Assembly (NCBI GenBank): GCA_963804995.1 | Contig: CAWDSK010000002.1 | Coordinates: forward strand, 448,001-512,000 | Origin: an uncultured Acidobacteriota bacterium | Lineage (GTDB): Bacteria; Acidobacteriota; Terriglobia; UBA7540 | DNA: 64,000 bases | Reading direction: 5' to 3' | Shown: piece after piece, positions 20,302 to 31,067 of the stretch | How the letters are laid out: every line of letters starts with the position of its first letter | How positions within the stretch are numbered: position 1 is the first letter of the stretch | Position numbers and translations under genes: made by a program | Notes under the pieces: generated by a model | Told to the model about the DNA's origin: nothing | The model's database searches: none | What the model saw: the letters and a program-made list of their open reading frames with translations, nothing else

Positions 20302-20578
20302 CCTTATCGCGGACGTGGGCCGAACCGGTGGGGTGGGGCGCTTTGTTCAAACCCGGCATGCGGCGCCGGCGCTGGCCTCGCCTATGGCGCTCGACGGATT
20401 CAGGGTGGGACTGCCGGTGCTGGCGGGGATAATCGGGATTTTGGCTGCGCCATTTTTGCTGGCTGTCCCGGCAGCCCTGGTCGTACTCGGTATCGCGTGC
20501 TCGCCGACTCTACTCGTGTAGGTCCACGACTTTTTGTCATGTGGCGAAACGTCCCACATGTTGCTCTCCGCGGGGCAT
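20302..20578 (+). repeat. 277-bp direct repeat E, copy 1 (copy 2 at 30767-31043)
   Basis: Colinear and highly similar to copy 2 over the full length. Confidence 0.92.
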
Positions 20579-20650
20579 CGTCAGGTCGGATTTGTAGTCG
20601 GAAGGTTTTCTCCTAACCAATTGTAATTAAACACAGTATTAAGTCATATG

Positions 20651-20746
20651 CATGATATACTTGCATTTGAACGGCGTAATTGACTTGCATTGACACGGCA
20701 TAATATACTTGTATTCGCACAACACAATAAACTTGTTTTCGCACGA
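20651..20746 (+). repeat. Four tandem degenerate 24-bp units upstream of fic
   Basis: CATGATATACTTGCATTTGAACGG / CGTAATTGACTTGCATTGACACGG / CATAATATACTTGTATTCGCACAA / CACAATAAACTTGTTTTCGCACGA. Confidence 0.8.
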
Positions 20747-20761
20747 AACGAGAGAGGTTAT

Positions 20762-22312
20762 ATGGCGACGCCGAATGAGAAACTGGCGGAATCCCTGGAG
20801 GTGCTCAAAGCGCTTCAACTGGGTGGGAGACGTGTGTTCCGTTCGGACGACCTGACCCGCGTCCACCGGGAACGGCTGGTTGCGAACGGCTTTCTTCAGG
20901 AGGTCATGAAAGGCTGGCTGATCTCCTCCAACCCAACCGCACGCGAGGGCGAAAGCACACCCTGGTACGCTTCGTTCTGGGAATTTTGCGCGCGCTACTG
21001 CAACCACCGTTTCGACGAGGAGTGGCACCTCTCGCCAGAGCAATCGCTTTTGCTCCATGGCGAAAGAACGGTCATCCCCGATCAGGTCGTGGTCAACAGC
21101 CCGAAAGGCACGAACAACGCCATCGAGCTTCTGTTCGGCACGTCGCTGTACGACCTGAAGGTACCCGCGATGCCGGCCGCGGCGGATCTCGTGTTGAGGG
21201 ACGGCTTGCGGCTTTTCTCGCCGCCGGCGGCGCTGGTGAGGGTGGTGGAATCCTTTTTCCGGCGAAATCCGGTCGAAACGCAGGTATTGCTGGCAAGCCT
21301 CGTCGATGCGTCGGACCTGCTGCGGCTGTTGCTGAATGGCGGCCACTCGGCGAAAGCGGGTTACTTGGCGGGAGCGTTCCGGCAGGCAGGCCGACCCGAT
21401 TTGGCAGGTGAAATCATTAGCGCGATGAAGAGCGCCGGCTACGACGTGCGGGAGAGCAACCCCTTCGAGGCCGGGCAGATATTCGGCACGCTGCGCCGGG
21501 CTCGGCCACCCATCGTGGGGCGCGTGGAGATGCTCTGGGAGTCGATGCGCGGAGCCGTCGTGGTGACATTCCCGAAGGAACCGGGACTTCCGCAAGACCG
21601 GGATGCCTATCTTCGTTTCATCGACGGAATTTATCAAAGCGACGCCTACCATTCTCTCTCCATTGAGGGATATTCGGTCACACCGGAGGTCATTGAGAGG
21701 GTACGGCAAGGGGACTGGGACCCGGAACATCACGAGGATGACCGCAAGAACCGCGACGCCCTGGCGGCGCGCGGATACTGGCAAGCGTTCCAGCTCGTGA
21801 AAGGATCAGTGGAGAAAGTGATCGCCGGAGAGAATGCCGGCGTGTGCGCGCGCGCCGCACACAAGGATTGGTATCGCGAATTATTCCAACCCTGTGTCAC
21901 TGCTGGCCTGATCGAACCAGGCGCACTCGCCGGATACCGCAACATTCCGGTCTATCTGCGGACGTTGCGCTATGTGCCGCCACGGTGGGAGGCGGTTCGC
22001 GACGCCATGCCTGTGCTTTTTGATCTTCTTGAAAGGGAGCCCGAGCCTTCGGTGCGCGCCGTGCTCGGTCACTGGCTGTTCGGGTATATCCATCCCTATC
22101 CGGACGGCAACGGGCGCATGGCACGCTTTCTGATGAACGTGATGCTGGCATCGGGCGGCTATCCTTGGACGGTCATCCGGGTCGAGGATCGCAATGCTTA
22201 TTTGGGTGCGCTGGACCATGCCAGCATCGACATGGACATAAGACCCTTCTCCACATTTGTGGCGCAACGGGTGCGATGGTCTCTTGACCGACGGGATCAT
22301 TCGGACTCTTGA
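20762..22312 (+). CDS. Fic family protein with long N-terminal extension
   Basis: Fic motif HPYPDGNGRMAR; SLSIEG inhibitory-helix-like motif; RBS GAGAGG. Confidence 0.92.
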   Translation: MATPNEKLAESLEVLKALQLGGRRVFRSDDLTRVHRERLVANGFLQEVMKGWLISSNPTAREGESTPWYASFWEFCARYCNHRFDEEWHLSPEQSLLLHGERTVIPDQVVVNSPKGTNNAIELLFGTSLYDLKVPAMPAAADLVLRDGLRLFSPPAALVRVVESFFRRNPVETQVLLASLVDASDLLRLLLNGGHSAKAGYLAGAFRQAGRPDLAGEIISAMKSAGYDVRESNPFEAGQIFGTLRRARPPIVGRVEMLWESMRGAVVVTFPKEPGLPQDRDAYLRFIDGIYQSDAYHSLSIEGYSVTPEVIERVRQGDWDPEHHEDDRKNRDALAARGYWQAFQLVKGSVEKVIAGENAGVCARAAHKDWYRELFQPCVTAGLIEPGALAGYRNIPVYLRTLRYVPPRWEAVRDAMPVLFDLLEREPEPSVRAVLGHWLFGYIHPYPDGNGRMARFLMNVMLASGGYPWTVIRVEDRNAYLGALDHASIDMDIRPFSTFVAQRVRWSLDRRDHSDS

Positions 22313-22468
22313 TATTAGGAGTTGATACATCAGGTGGTCGGAATTCCCCACTGGGTTAGCCAATAGACCGAGTAAGCGGTCAGATGAACAAGTGAGAACC
22401 CCCGGTAATTCTTCTTTTCCTTGGCATCGGCTTTGAGCAAATCGCGTGCGGTTTCTGGTTGCAATGTA

Positions 22469-22551
22469 CCCATCCTCATGCGTTTTCTTCCTATGACTTT
22501 TCACTTGCGGATTTGCCGCCTGATACGTCCGCGTCTCTGCGGTGAGAAGGC
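22469..22551 (+). repeat. 83-bp direct repeat F, copy 1 (copy 2 at 31068-31150)
   Basis: Two substitutions seen between the copies. Confidence 0.9.
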
Positions 22552-23093
22552 TATTGGTTTTTTTCGCGGGTGGCGCCCCGATGCATCGGGGCGGCCTTCG
22601 AAGGTTGTAAGATGACCGGGTGCCCCGGCAGAAACATTTTTACGGTCTCAATTACCTGCCTGACATCGCCCGCAGCACCTATCGTCGGGCCCGCCTGTTC
22701 GACTCGGAGCCGGTAGCGCAAATGTAGGCGCAGTTCGCTTTCCTTTGCGGCTCGTAGAATCGGAATTTCGACGTGTTCAATGCCGGGCAATGAGAAGAGG
22801 CCGCGGAGGAATTCGGCTCGAAGCCAAATACCTCCACCCTACCCCGCTGGTTCTTCTGAGGCCTGCGCAGGGTCTCGCCTCAGCCGTCCCAAGACCCCCT
22901 ATTCCCGCCGGTTGCAGCACTTCGCACTTGTACCGGTCGGGCGTTTTACGACCAAGTGGCGACCACTGGACGGGAAGGCGACTTCCTAGGCGGAATCGAT
23001 AACTTCGATCGCGAGCCGATCTGATGGTGGTTGCACTCTTGATGTGTCGTGGATAGGATGAACTTCGTGATCTACCTCGACCCCAGGAAAGAA

Positions 23094-23174
23094 AGTTCAT
23101 AGTTGACAGTCGACAGTTAACAGGCAGGGCGTTCTCGATTTTTACTATGAACTGTAAACTGTGGACTGTGAACT
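23094..23174. repeat. Inverted arrays of 7-bp tandem repeats
   Basis: AGTTCAT AGTTGAC AGTCGAC AGTTAAC ... CTATGAA CTGTAAA CTGTGGA CTGTGAA. Confidence 0.75.
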
Positions 23175-23181
23175 TTCTCAG

Positions 23182-23356
23182 GGCAATCCGTTCGAGCGCT
23201 TACAAGTTCGGCGCGAAATTGAAGTCGGTTATCGAAACGGCTCGCGAACAGGTGGCGGAGTTGATTGGGGCGCACCCGCTGGATGTGATTTTTACTTCCT
23301 GCGCAACGGAGAGCAACAACGCTGCCATCGCGGCCACACAGAAGCGTTCGCCCTAA
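23182..23356 (+). pseudogene. Cysteine desulfurase (IscS/DndA-like) N-terminal fragment
   Basis: GNP/SSAYKFG...AREQVAELIGA....VIFTSCATESNNAAI; no start codon, truncated. Confidence 0.8.
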
Positions 23357-23363
23357 CAACCCA

Positions 23364-26300
23364 CTAAGGCAGTTGGAGGCAGGGGAACCTGTCGAGTTCC
23401 GGCCAATCGTGACAAGTCAGGTAAATGACCTGGCCGGAGTTCGCGTGCTCTTCCAGAATCTGAATTATCCGGCCCCGGCGTTGGGGATCGCAAGAAACAA
23501 GCGGGTCATCGAGTATCAAGGGGGGAAGGTCGTCAGCAAAGATGGAGCGAATTGCTTCAAGCCGCAGAGCCAAGTAAAACTGGTCCACAGACCCGCTGGA
23601 CATTTCATTTTGTTCCAGCTTATCACCTTTCTCGTCGGACCAGACTTGCAGGTTGAATCCATCCCCCTCTACGCGATGATAGCGGTCAGCCGTGATTCGC
23701 TTCAACAGACTTCCGACCCTGTCGGGAATGGCCTCAAGCAATTCCGCGAGCGCCTTGTTCCTTGCTTGTTGCAGTAGGTTGAGTACCGCGTTGTCTATTT
23801 CAAGCCGGTGTTCAAGCCTTGCGATTCGGCGTTCACGGTCGGCGATGTTCTCTTTTAGTTCGGAAATACGCTCCTGGTTTTGCCCGGCGGAGTCAGACTT
23901 TACCTTCAGTTCTGCTCGGGAATTGCGCAGCTTCTCCAGTTTGTCCTTGAGGGCCTTCACCGCGCGACCAAACTCGATCCTTTCGCCGGGGTTCGCGAAG
24001 GCGTACGAAAGATTTGCTTGTCTGGTCTGGTCAGCCACGGCGGCCTTGGTCACAGCCTGATTGAATTTCTGGTCGAGCTCTTCCGCCAGAAGCATCTCCC
24101 TTTCTTTTTGAAGGCGCGATAGCTGATCGCGCTTCTTTCCCAGTGTCCCTTCCGACTCCATGATTTCATTCCCAAGCTCGATCAATTCCTTGTCGCTAAG
24201 AGCAAATGGCCGGAGTGACTCAAGCTCTTCAGTGAGTTTTGCGATGGTCTCCGTCTTCGCCTTATGCCCGGCATACATAGCACTTTCGTGTCTTTCCTTC
24301 AGGATGCCCGCCTTGGATTCTTGAATCTGTGCCACCCAATTCGCGTATTGGTTGTATTCATCTTCCAGAGCTTTCAGGCCGGCCGCGGTTTCACGCTTTG
24401 TGCGCGAAATAAGAGTGGTCATCTCCTCCTGGGTATTGCGCATCTTCTCTTGCTGAGCCTGGACGGCCTTTTGGCTCTTGGCCAAACTGTGGACTAACAT
24501 TTGCACGCGGGTTTCGGCTTGAGCGCGATCTCTAGCGAGCTCTTTAAGTCTTTGCCGGTGGTCCGACAAATCCTTTTCGACAATTGACAATTCGCGAACC
24601 GAAGCGAGCTTCTCAAGCTCGGCGGCAACGGCTGACACTTTTCCGCCCAGTTCCGCGAATTCCTCGTCCCAGCTTTCCTTGGAACGAGACTCCAGCGCCG
24701 CCTCAAGACTTAGCTTATTGCTTTTTGCCTCCGCTGCCAGTTGATCGCGTTCTTCAATCCGTCGCGCCAGATCGTCCGCGTCCCTAGTCGCAGCCCTGGA
24801 GAGAATGGCGGAGATTTCGCTTTGCCGCTGCTGCAATTGTTGTGCGGTTTGGCTTTCATTCGTCAGCCGGATTGTTCCCACGCCTGGAATGTAGGCATTA
24901 ATCTCCCTTCGTCCGGTAAACTTCTGAGGCGTCTCCAGTCGGATTTCTCTTTCAGGCTCGCTGTCGATTTGAATTCTGATTGGGAGTGGATGGTCAGGGT
25001 TTAACTCGAAACCCAAACCTTCACCCTGGAGCGCATTTTCAAAGTGGTTAACGGAGGCAACAGCTTCGTGAAACGCTCTGGGATCAATGTCACTCAAACT
25101 TCTGAATGGCTCGAGTTTCGAAGTAAGGCTGAGCCGCTCCGACACGAGGGTTGTGAGCCGTGCCACCTTCTGGGAGACCCTGCGGTGATCGACTAATAGC
25201 TGCTGGTGCCTGGCCTTCGACTGCCGGGCTTGCTCCGCCAAACCGCGCTCGGATTCAAGTGTGGCAATTGCCAGCTCCTGTGCCGCTTCCTGGTGACCGA
25301 GCAGCGCCAATCGACCCCGGCTTTCCTCGATGTCCTTGACGAGGCGGGATTCCTCGTCGCGGGCTCGATCAAGCTCCGTGTTGCCGTCCCCCAGTTTCTG
25401 CTCCAAGGCATGGAACTGGTGAAAATCTTCGGGAGTAAGGCCCAAATTGGTCAACGGGTTCGCCAAATCTCTTAATTGCTGATTGAAGGCTTCCAAATTT
25501 TGAATGTCGGTGGCCAGCTGCCTGGCTTCGTCCTCCGCGTTTTTCAGATCGGCGGTCCTCTGCTTGTAACTTAGTGCCTGCTCGCGCTTTGCCTTTTGCT
25601 TTTGAAGCAGGTCCGCGATCCTTCGTAATTCAGCATCTGTAGATTCCAGAAGCTGTGGTAACTGCCCTATACGTGTTTTCTTGGCCGTGAGCTCTCCAAC
25701 CTCTAATTCCTTTTGTTTGTAAAGACTTTCGGCTTCCACATATTTCCGATCCAGGTCCTCCCTTTCTTCTGCCTGACTAATATCTCGTGTCAATTTCTCG
25801 ATCTCCGCATCGGCCACTTCAAAGTCGGCCACCGCGGCCCCCGCTTGCACTTCCCTAGCCTCCCTCTCGGCCAAGTCGTCCCGCAGATTTTGCAGCTCAT
25901 CCAACAACACCTTGACGGGCCCAGGATTCCTGGGGGCCGTCGTGAGCCAGCCCTTGCGTAGGTCAGTGTTGTGGTTATCGAGCTCCTTCTGTAGGCTTGC
26001 TAAATCGCGTCCCGTAGAACTGAGCGAGCGGTTTTCCAATTGGCTCTTCAATTGGCTCGGGTTAATGTCACTCTTGATCTCATCCTGTCTCACGCAAGCA
26101 GTCTGCCGAAATGACTCTTCAACCGCGATGGGGAGGTGTTCAGCCAAGAAATTGCGAACCTTGTCCTTTGCTTGAACTGTCTTACCCGCAAAGGTGAATC
26201 GATTCTTACCGTTTTCGAAGTCGCGCTCAAGCTTGATTTGGCCCGCCTTCAGCGCAAGATTCAGCGCCACATAAATGTGCTCGGCTGAGTTCCAGCGGCG

Positions 26301-26483
26301 GTAGCCCTTATATCTTTTGTCGCTCGATGCTGCGTCCGCATAGAGGCCGGCCAGGATCGCTTCCAGAAGGCTGGACTTGCCGGCTTCGTTTGGGCCCCTG
26401 ACTACCTGAAATCTAGTATCGAACTTCCATTCGCGGTCCGTCAGGTTCCGAAAATTCCGTGTCTCCAACGATAAAATCTTCAC
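23364..26483 (-). CDS. SMC/Rad50-like coiled-coil ATPase (YhaN/SbcC-like)
   Basis: Walker A GPNEAGKSS, long coiled coil, signature MSSGSVDQFYLALRL, Walker B LILDDPLV; no CxxC hook seen. Confidence 0.88.
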   Translation of the reverse strand: MKILSLETRNFRNLTDREWKFDTRFQVVRGPNEAGKSSLLEAILAGLYADAASSDKRYKGYRRWNSAEHIYVALNLALKAGQIKLERDFENGKNRFTFAGKTVQAKDKVRNFLAEHLPIAVEESFRQTACVRQDEIKSDINPSQLKSQLENRSLSSTGRDLASLQKELDNHNTDLRKGWLTTAPRNPGPVKVLLDELQNLRDDLAEREAREVQAGAAVADFEVADAEIEKLTRDISQAEEREDLDRKYVEAESLYKQKELEVGELTAKKTRIGQLPQLLESTDAELRRIADLLQKQKAKREQALSYKQRTADLKNAEDEARQLATDIQNLEAFNQQLRDLANPLTNLGLTPEDFHQFHALEQKLGDGNTELDRARDEESRLVKDIEESRGRLALLGHQEAAQELAIATLESERGLAEQARQSKARHQQLLVDHRRVSQKVARLTTLVSERLSLTSKLEPFRSLSDIDPRAFHEAVASVNHFENALQGEGLGFELNPDHPLPIRIQIDSEPEREIRLETPQKFTGRREINAYIPGVGTIRLTNESQTAQQLQQRQSEISAILSRAATRDADDLARRIEERDQLAAEAKSNKLSLEAALESRSKESWDEEFAELGGKVSAVAAELEKLASVRELSIVEKDLSDHRQRLKELARDRAQAETRVQMLVHSLAKSQKAVQAQQEKMRNTQEEMTTLISRTKRETAAGLKALEDEYNQYANWVAQIQESKAGILKERHESAMYAGHKAKTETIAKLTEELESLRPFALSDKELIELGNEIMESEGTLGKKRDQLSRLQKEREMLLAEELDQKFNQAVTKAAVADQTRQANLSYAFANPGERIEFGRAVKALKDKLEKLRNSRAELKVKSDSAGQNQERISELKENIADRERRIARLEHRLEIDNAVLNLLQQARNKALAELLEAIPDRVGSLLKRITADRYHRVEGDGFNLQVWSDEKGDKLEQNEMSSGSVDQFYLALRLEAIRSIFADDLPPLILDDPLVSCDPQRRGRIIQILEEHANSGQVIYLTCHDWPELDRFPCLQLP

Positions 26484-27625
26484 TCTGTCACCCCTTCGAT
26501 CCCCTGAAAGAGAGCGTGCCCACGACGCAGTACCTCACTCAACCGTCGCTTGGCCTCCGGGTCCCCAGTAGCTTCAAGTTCCGCCCGCACTAAGTTGACG
26601 AAGGCGTGTTCTACGGTCTTCTCCCGGTAATCCTGCTCAAGTGCTTCTAGCCGGGTCTCATACTGCAACACGTGCGTATCAATTTCGAGGTAGGCGAACC
26701 CTGGAGCAAGCTCTTCGGTGAGGCGTACCGCATCAACGGATTCGTCGTTTGAGATCGTACCTGCCAACTTAACCCTCAGCACGCGATGGGGGTCTGCCAT
26801 GCTGTCAATTTTCTCATTTAGCGCCTCGGCCGAACCGACTTTCTCCCAAGAAAGGTCTAATTCGGTCCATTGATAATGTCCGGTGCTAATTTTCTCAACG
26901 GTGACCCCACTTTCGTCCAAACTCACCAGTGCCACAAATCCGGACTCTCCTTTGTCGTTGAATTGGAGCGTTTCTGGTGAGCCGGAATATTGAACAACCG
27001 TTTTGGTATTGTCGTAACATCGCGTAAAGGTGTGCCGGTCTCCCATCGCAAGGTACGTAAAGCCGCAGTGTTCCACATGCTCCCTCTTCAGGAGTGATCC
27101 GTGACTCTCCTCTGGAATCTGAGGCAATGCGATGCCCGTGTGCAGTAAAAGAACATTGAAGTCGGCGCGCGGGTCAGGCGTGATCCCCTCTAGCGGGTTG
27201 TCCGAGTCTGGCAATAACGCGCGACCGTGAATAGCCAATCGACCCGAAGCCAATTTAGTGGTCTCGACTGTCTCCTTAGTGAATATGTGGAGGTTCTCGG
27301 GTTTGTTTAGCTGAAAATGCCGGGAGCGGAAAATGGCTCTTTGATTGATGCTATCGTGGGTCCACGTACCGGGGAGAAAGAACACGGGAGTCGGCTGGAT
27401 TGAGCTAACAGTGTCCATGAAAAATTTAATGTCCAGCGGCGAAATCCTTTCGGAGTCGAAGACATCGCCTGACAAGAGTACTGCATCCACCCGCCGCTCT
27501 GAAGCAACCGCAAACACCTTTGCGAATGTTTCTTTGATTTGTGATCGCAGTATTTTACCAAACGCTCCGAACTGCTCGAACGCTTTACCGAGATGAACGT
27601 CAGCTGTGTGGATAATCTTGAGCAT
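26480..27625 (-). CDS. Mre11/SbcD/YhaO-like metallophosphoesterase nuclease
   Basis: HTADVHLG, SGDVFD, PGTWTHD, LLLH, MGDRH, YSGSPE; 4-bp overlap with the ATPase gene. Confidence 0.9.
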   Translation of the reverse strand: MLKIIHTADVHLGKAFEQFGAFGKILRSQIKETFAKVFAVASERRVDAVLLSGDVFDSERISPLDIKFFMDTVSSIQPTPVFFLPGTWTHDSINQRAIFRSRHFQLNKPENLHIFTKETVETTKLASGRLAIHGRALLPDSDNPLEGITPDPRADFNVLLLHTGIALPQIPEESHGSLLKREHVEHCGFTYLAMGDRHTFTRCYDNTKTVVQYSGSPETLQFNDKGESGFVALVSLDESGVTVEKISTGHYQWTELDLSWEKVGSAEALNEKIDSMADPHRVLRVKLAGTISNDESVDAVRLTEELAPGFAYLEIDTHVLQYETRLEALEQDYREKTVEHAFVNLVRAELEATGDPEAKRRLSEVLRRGHALFQGIEGVTE

Positions 27626-27675
27626 TCCGCACCCTTAATAAACAATTTCCATGGGGAAGCGCCACCTACGCGCTC

Positions 27676-29968
27676 TCATGCCCCGGAGACGAATTTCAAA
27701 GCTTTGTTGGCGTACGCCTGGAGTTGAACGTCATCCACTTGCTCAGAGTCACTTCCGCTCTGGCTCGGGTCGTGGTGATACTTCTTCGAGTAATCATTGA
27801 TGGCCTCGAGCTCGCTTAGCTTCGGCTGGAGCGAGTATAAGATATCGTTCGCAGGAGCGCCCCTTATTTTGCCTATGAACTCACCAAGCCATTCGGTTCT
27901 AGTGAAGTGTTTTGGGAATCTCAATCTTAGGTTTCTTTCAACCAGCGGTCGGATGCACCGTGCAATATGTCGCAGGTCTCCCGTTACTCCCTTTTCCAAG
28001 TACTCGTCTAGGGTGAAATAGTCTTGGAGATAGGCATCCCGGGTCGCCTTTTCTATGTCCCATGCGTCTAGGGCACTATCCTGACCGGTTCTTACGATCT
28101 GAAGATTCTTGACCGTCGATTTAGTCTCTTCACTCCAAATGGACAATAGAAAATAAGGATCGTGCGAGAGCACCACAGCTTGCTTGACCTTTTGGGTTAG
28201 GCCGCGAATTACCTGTTGGGTACATGCGCGGCGGTTTGAGTCCAGGCTCGAAACTGGATCGTCAAAAATAATTATCCTGTCCGAGAGATTGGGATCGCCT
28301 TCCAGCCTCGCAATGAAGAAGGCCAACGCGAGCGTGCTTTTGTCACCCGCACTTAACGTGTTCTTGAAGCAAGGACCACTCACTGCTGACTTTGAATCGC
28401 CCAAGTTTACGGGGGTATCGTTTATAAAAAGTTGATAGTCAATCGCCGGTTTGCCTCCCGTAAGTTTCGTGGCCGAATTACCAATCTTGAAGGTCGCCCC
28501 AAAATTCGCCAGGTGGGTGTCGATACTGGTTTCGTACCTCCCGAGAACCTGTTCTGAGTAGCGCTTGAGATCCTTGTTGGCTTTCTGTTTCTCGTTGCTA
28601 AGAGTTTCCTTCTCCTCAAGCAACTTATTGTACTCGTCGCAGAGTTTCTTCACCTTCGCGTCGGTGTGACGCTTCCTCGCATTCTTCAGGTCCTCCAGAT
28701 CTTTGTCCACGAGACGTTGATCGGCACCTGTTGTCCTTTTTTTCTTTTCGTCGATTAAACCATTTGCGGCTTCGACTTTGTTGTTATAAATCGAGGCGCT
28801 ACGGGAGAAGCCGTCGAAGGCTGTAATGGCCTGCTTCAAGTCGTCACCTATTTCGATTGTTTCCAGTGGCGACGCTTCCTTGCGCCTGAGATGTTGTTCG
28901 AGTCGGCTGTGAAGCTCCGCCCAGGCGCTTTGGAGCTTGTCGAATTCGATGATCGGGTAGTCTGCCTTGACGTGCCCCTTCCAGAATTCGATGTTCGAGT
29001 TGTTCGCATCAATTGTGCGCTGCAACTTCAGAATTGCTTGCTGAGAGAATTCCGCCCCAACTTCCGAGATCATTTGGCGGATCTCAGCCTTTAACCCCGC
29101 ATATGCCTTGCTGAAAAATGCTCGATACGCTCTGATGAGTTCTAGTCCGGTAAGTGGCTGACCGCAGAACGGGCAGCGATCTGCCTTTATGTACTCGAGT
29201 CCACTGTTTATCCACGTCTCGCCCTGCTCGTTCATGCAGCTCGCCACGTGTTGTCTTATCAACTTCTCCGCAGTCTCAGCAACGTCGGCGATTGTCTTGC
29301 CTAAAAGCGACTGGACGCCGGCCAAGGCGAGTTGGGGGAGCGAAAGCTTTGTCAATGCGGGTTTATTGGCAATAACTGTCGCCTGTTTGATAGCTTCGAT
29401 TTCGGCTTCCTTTTCTGCAATCTGTCTATCCACATCAGTAATAAATGGCAAGTTGACAAATTGTTCAACGCCCAAACCACCCAAAATGTTCTGTTGAATC
29501 TCTTTTCCCTTGGACTTAATCTCCTCACTCTTGTCCCTGCTTTTGCTGTCGAGGTCATCGACGGCGTTCGCTAATTGCACTCCCTTCTTGCCCACTATGA
29601 ATCGGTAGAGATTTTTCCTGTGTTCGTGATCCACGTAAACACCAGAGTAAACATTTTCGTTGATGAATGTGGTATCGAAAACCTTCGAGTTCGGGGACTG
29701 GATTGTCCCAATTGCCGTTTTTGAAAGTGTGGCTGGCGCTGTTCACTCGGATACAGGCTTCCGGTTCCTTGGACGATTTGATTGACTTTCTTTCAAGCAG
29801 GCATTGCGCATCTCCGGTGCCGAGTGACCGCAGAATCGCAGAAAGCATTGTCTTCCCGCGCCCGTTCTCGCCGAAGATCAATGTCAATTTCTGAAACTCG
29901 ACGTCACCGTGGCAAGAGTAATCCACGAACCTCCCAACATTTTTAATGAAGAGGATCTTATTAATCAT
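27676..29968 (-). CDS. AAA_13/RloC-like ABC ATPase with zinc hook and putative C-terminal HEPN domain, +1 frameshift near 29683
   Basis: GENGRGKT, CPFCGQ, LSAGDKSTLALAFF, FDDPVSSLD, VLSHD, RCIRPLVE...NDYSKKYHH; the two ORFs join as PELE/VFDTTFINENVY. Confidence 0.82.
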
Positions 29969-29993
29969 GGCTTGCACCTCCAGTCACAACGAG

Positions 29994-30560
29994 CTACGCG
30001 CTAAGAATGGGCTGGTTGGAAACCGAGACGCGGGGCAAGTCAGGATGCCGCCGCAATCCGTTACGCGTTTGGCGTGCCGCCATGGTTTGGGCGCGGGTGG
30101 AGCTTTCAGCACGGCGCGCGCCGAAGTGCAGGATGGCCTCTCCCCAATGGCCAACACGCTGCTTCACCAAGGCGTTTACCGGATCAATCTTCATCCGCTG
30201 TGTGCACCAGCGGAAGGTGCGGTTGGGGGGAGGGTAGCCCCGTCCAATGATGTTGACCCAAAAGGATTCTTCGAGGAGGGGCTTGAACAGGTTGGCGTCG
30301 ATATTCAGGTTGTTCTGCTCGGAGCACTTCCGCATGCGGTCCAGTGTGCCTTCGATCATCTCGGCAATGGCGGGAATCTCCACGCGCGTGTCCGTGCAAA
30401 GGACCGAGATGGGCTTTTTTCGCTGCTCGGCGGGAATGGACAGTACGGCGTCGAAAATCAGCGACGCCAGCATCGTGCTGTCCTTGCCGCCGCTAAATCC
30501 GACCAGCCAGGGCCGCTCGTCTTCCAGGTAGAGTTGGCGGAGGGAAGTCTTGAAAAACAT
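29994..30560 (-). pseudogene. dndC: DndC-like PAPS reductase family protein, 5' part only
   Basis: RPWLVGFSGGKDST, DTRVEIP, SFWVNIIGRGYPPPNRTFRWCTQRMKIDP, GARRAESSTRA; ends after ~188 aa. Confidence 0.8.
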
Positions 30561-30766
30561 CGTCACTCCCGTCGCGGGGAGTATACACCCCCCCCTTTTA
30601 TTTTCAAGTAATGGCTTTAAGATAGCATTAACGGCGGCTGGGGGAAAAGGGCTGCGCTTGCCCGGGAGCAATGCTGACTGGGTACGTAGTCGAATTGGGA
30701 ACGAAAACGCCCTTCTATGACAGTGGGGAACTGCATCATCACGTGGATCAGTTTGACGGTTTGTCG

Positions 30767-31043
30767 CCTTATCGCGGACGTGGGCCGAACCGGCAGTGTT
30801 GGGCGCTTTGTTTAAACCCGACATGCGGCGCCGGCGCCGGCCTCGCCGCTGGCGCTCCACGGATTCAGGGTGGGGCTGCCGGTGCTGGCGGGGATAATCG
30901 GGATTTCGGCTGCGCCATTTTTGCTGGCTGTCCCGGCAGCCCTGGTCGTACTCGGCATCGCGTGCTCACCGACTCTACTCGCGCAGGTCCACGACTTTTT
31001 GTCATGTGGGGAAACGTCCCACTTGTTGCTCTCCGCGGGGCAT
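30767..31043 (+). repeat. 277-bp direct repeat E, copy 2
   Basis: Matches 20302-20578. Confidence 0.92.
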
Positions 31044-31067
31044 AGCGAGCGAGGTCCCACTTAATTC

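Noticed and set aside
20315..20521. Small membrane protein encoded in repeat E
   Set aside because: ORF starts and stops differ between the two copies and there is no clear RBS; coding status is unsupported.
23182..30560. Functional dnd phosphorothioation system
   Set aside because: dndC is truncated, the desulfurase is a ~58-codon fragment, and dndB/D/E were not recognised.
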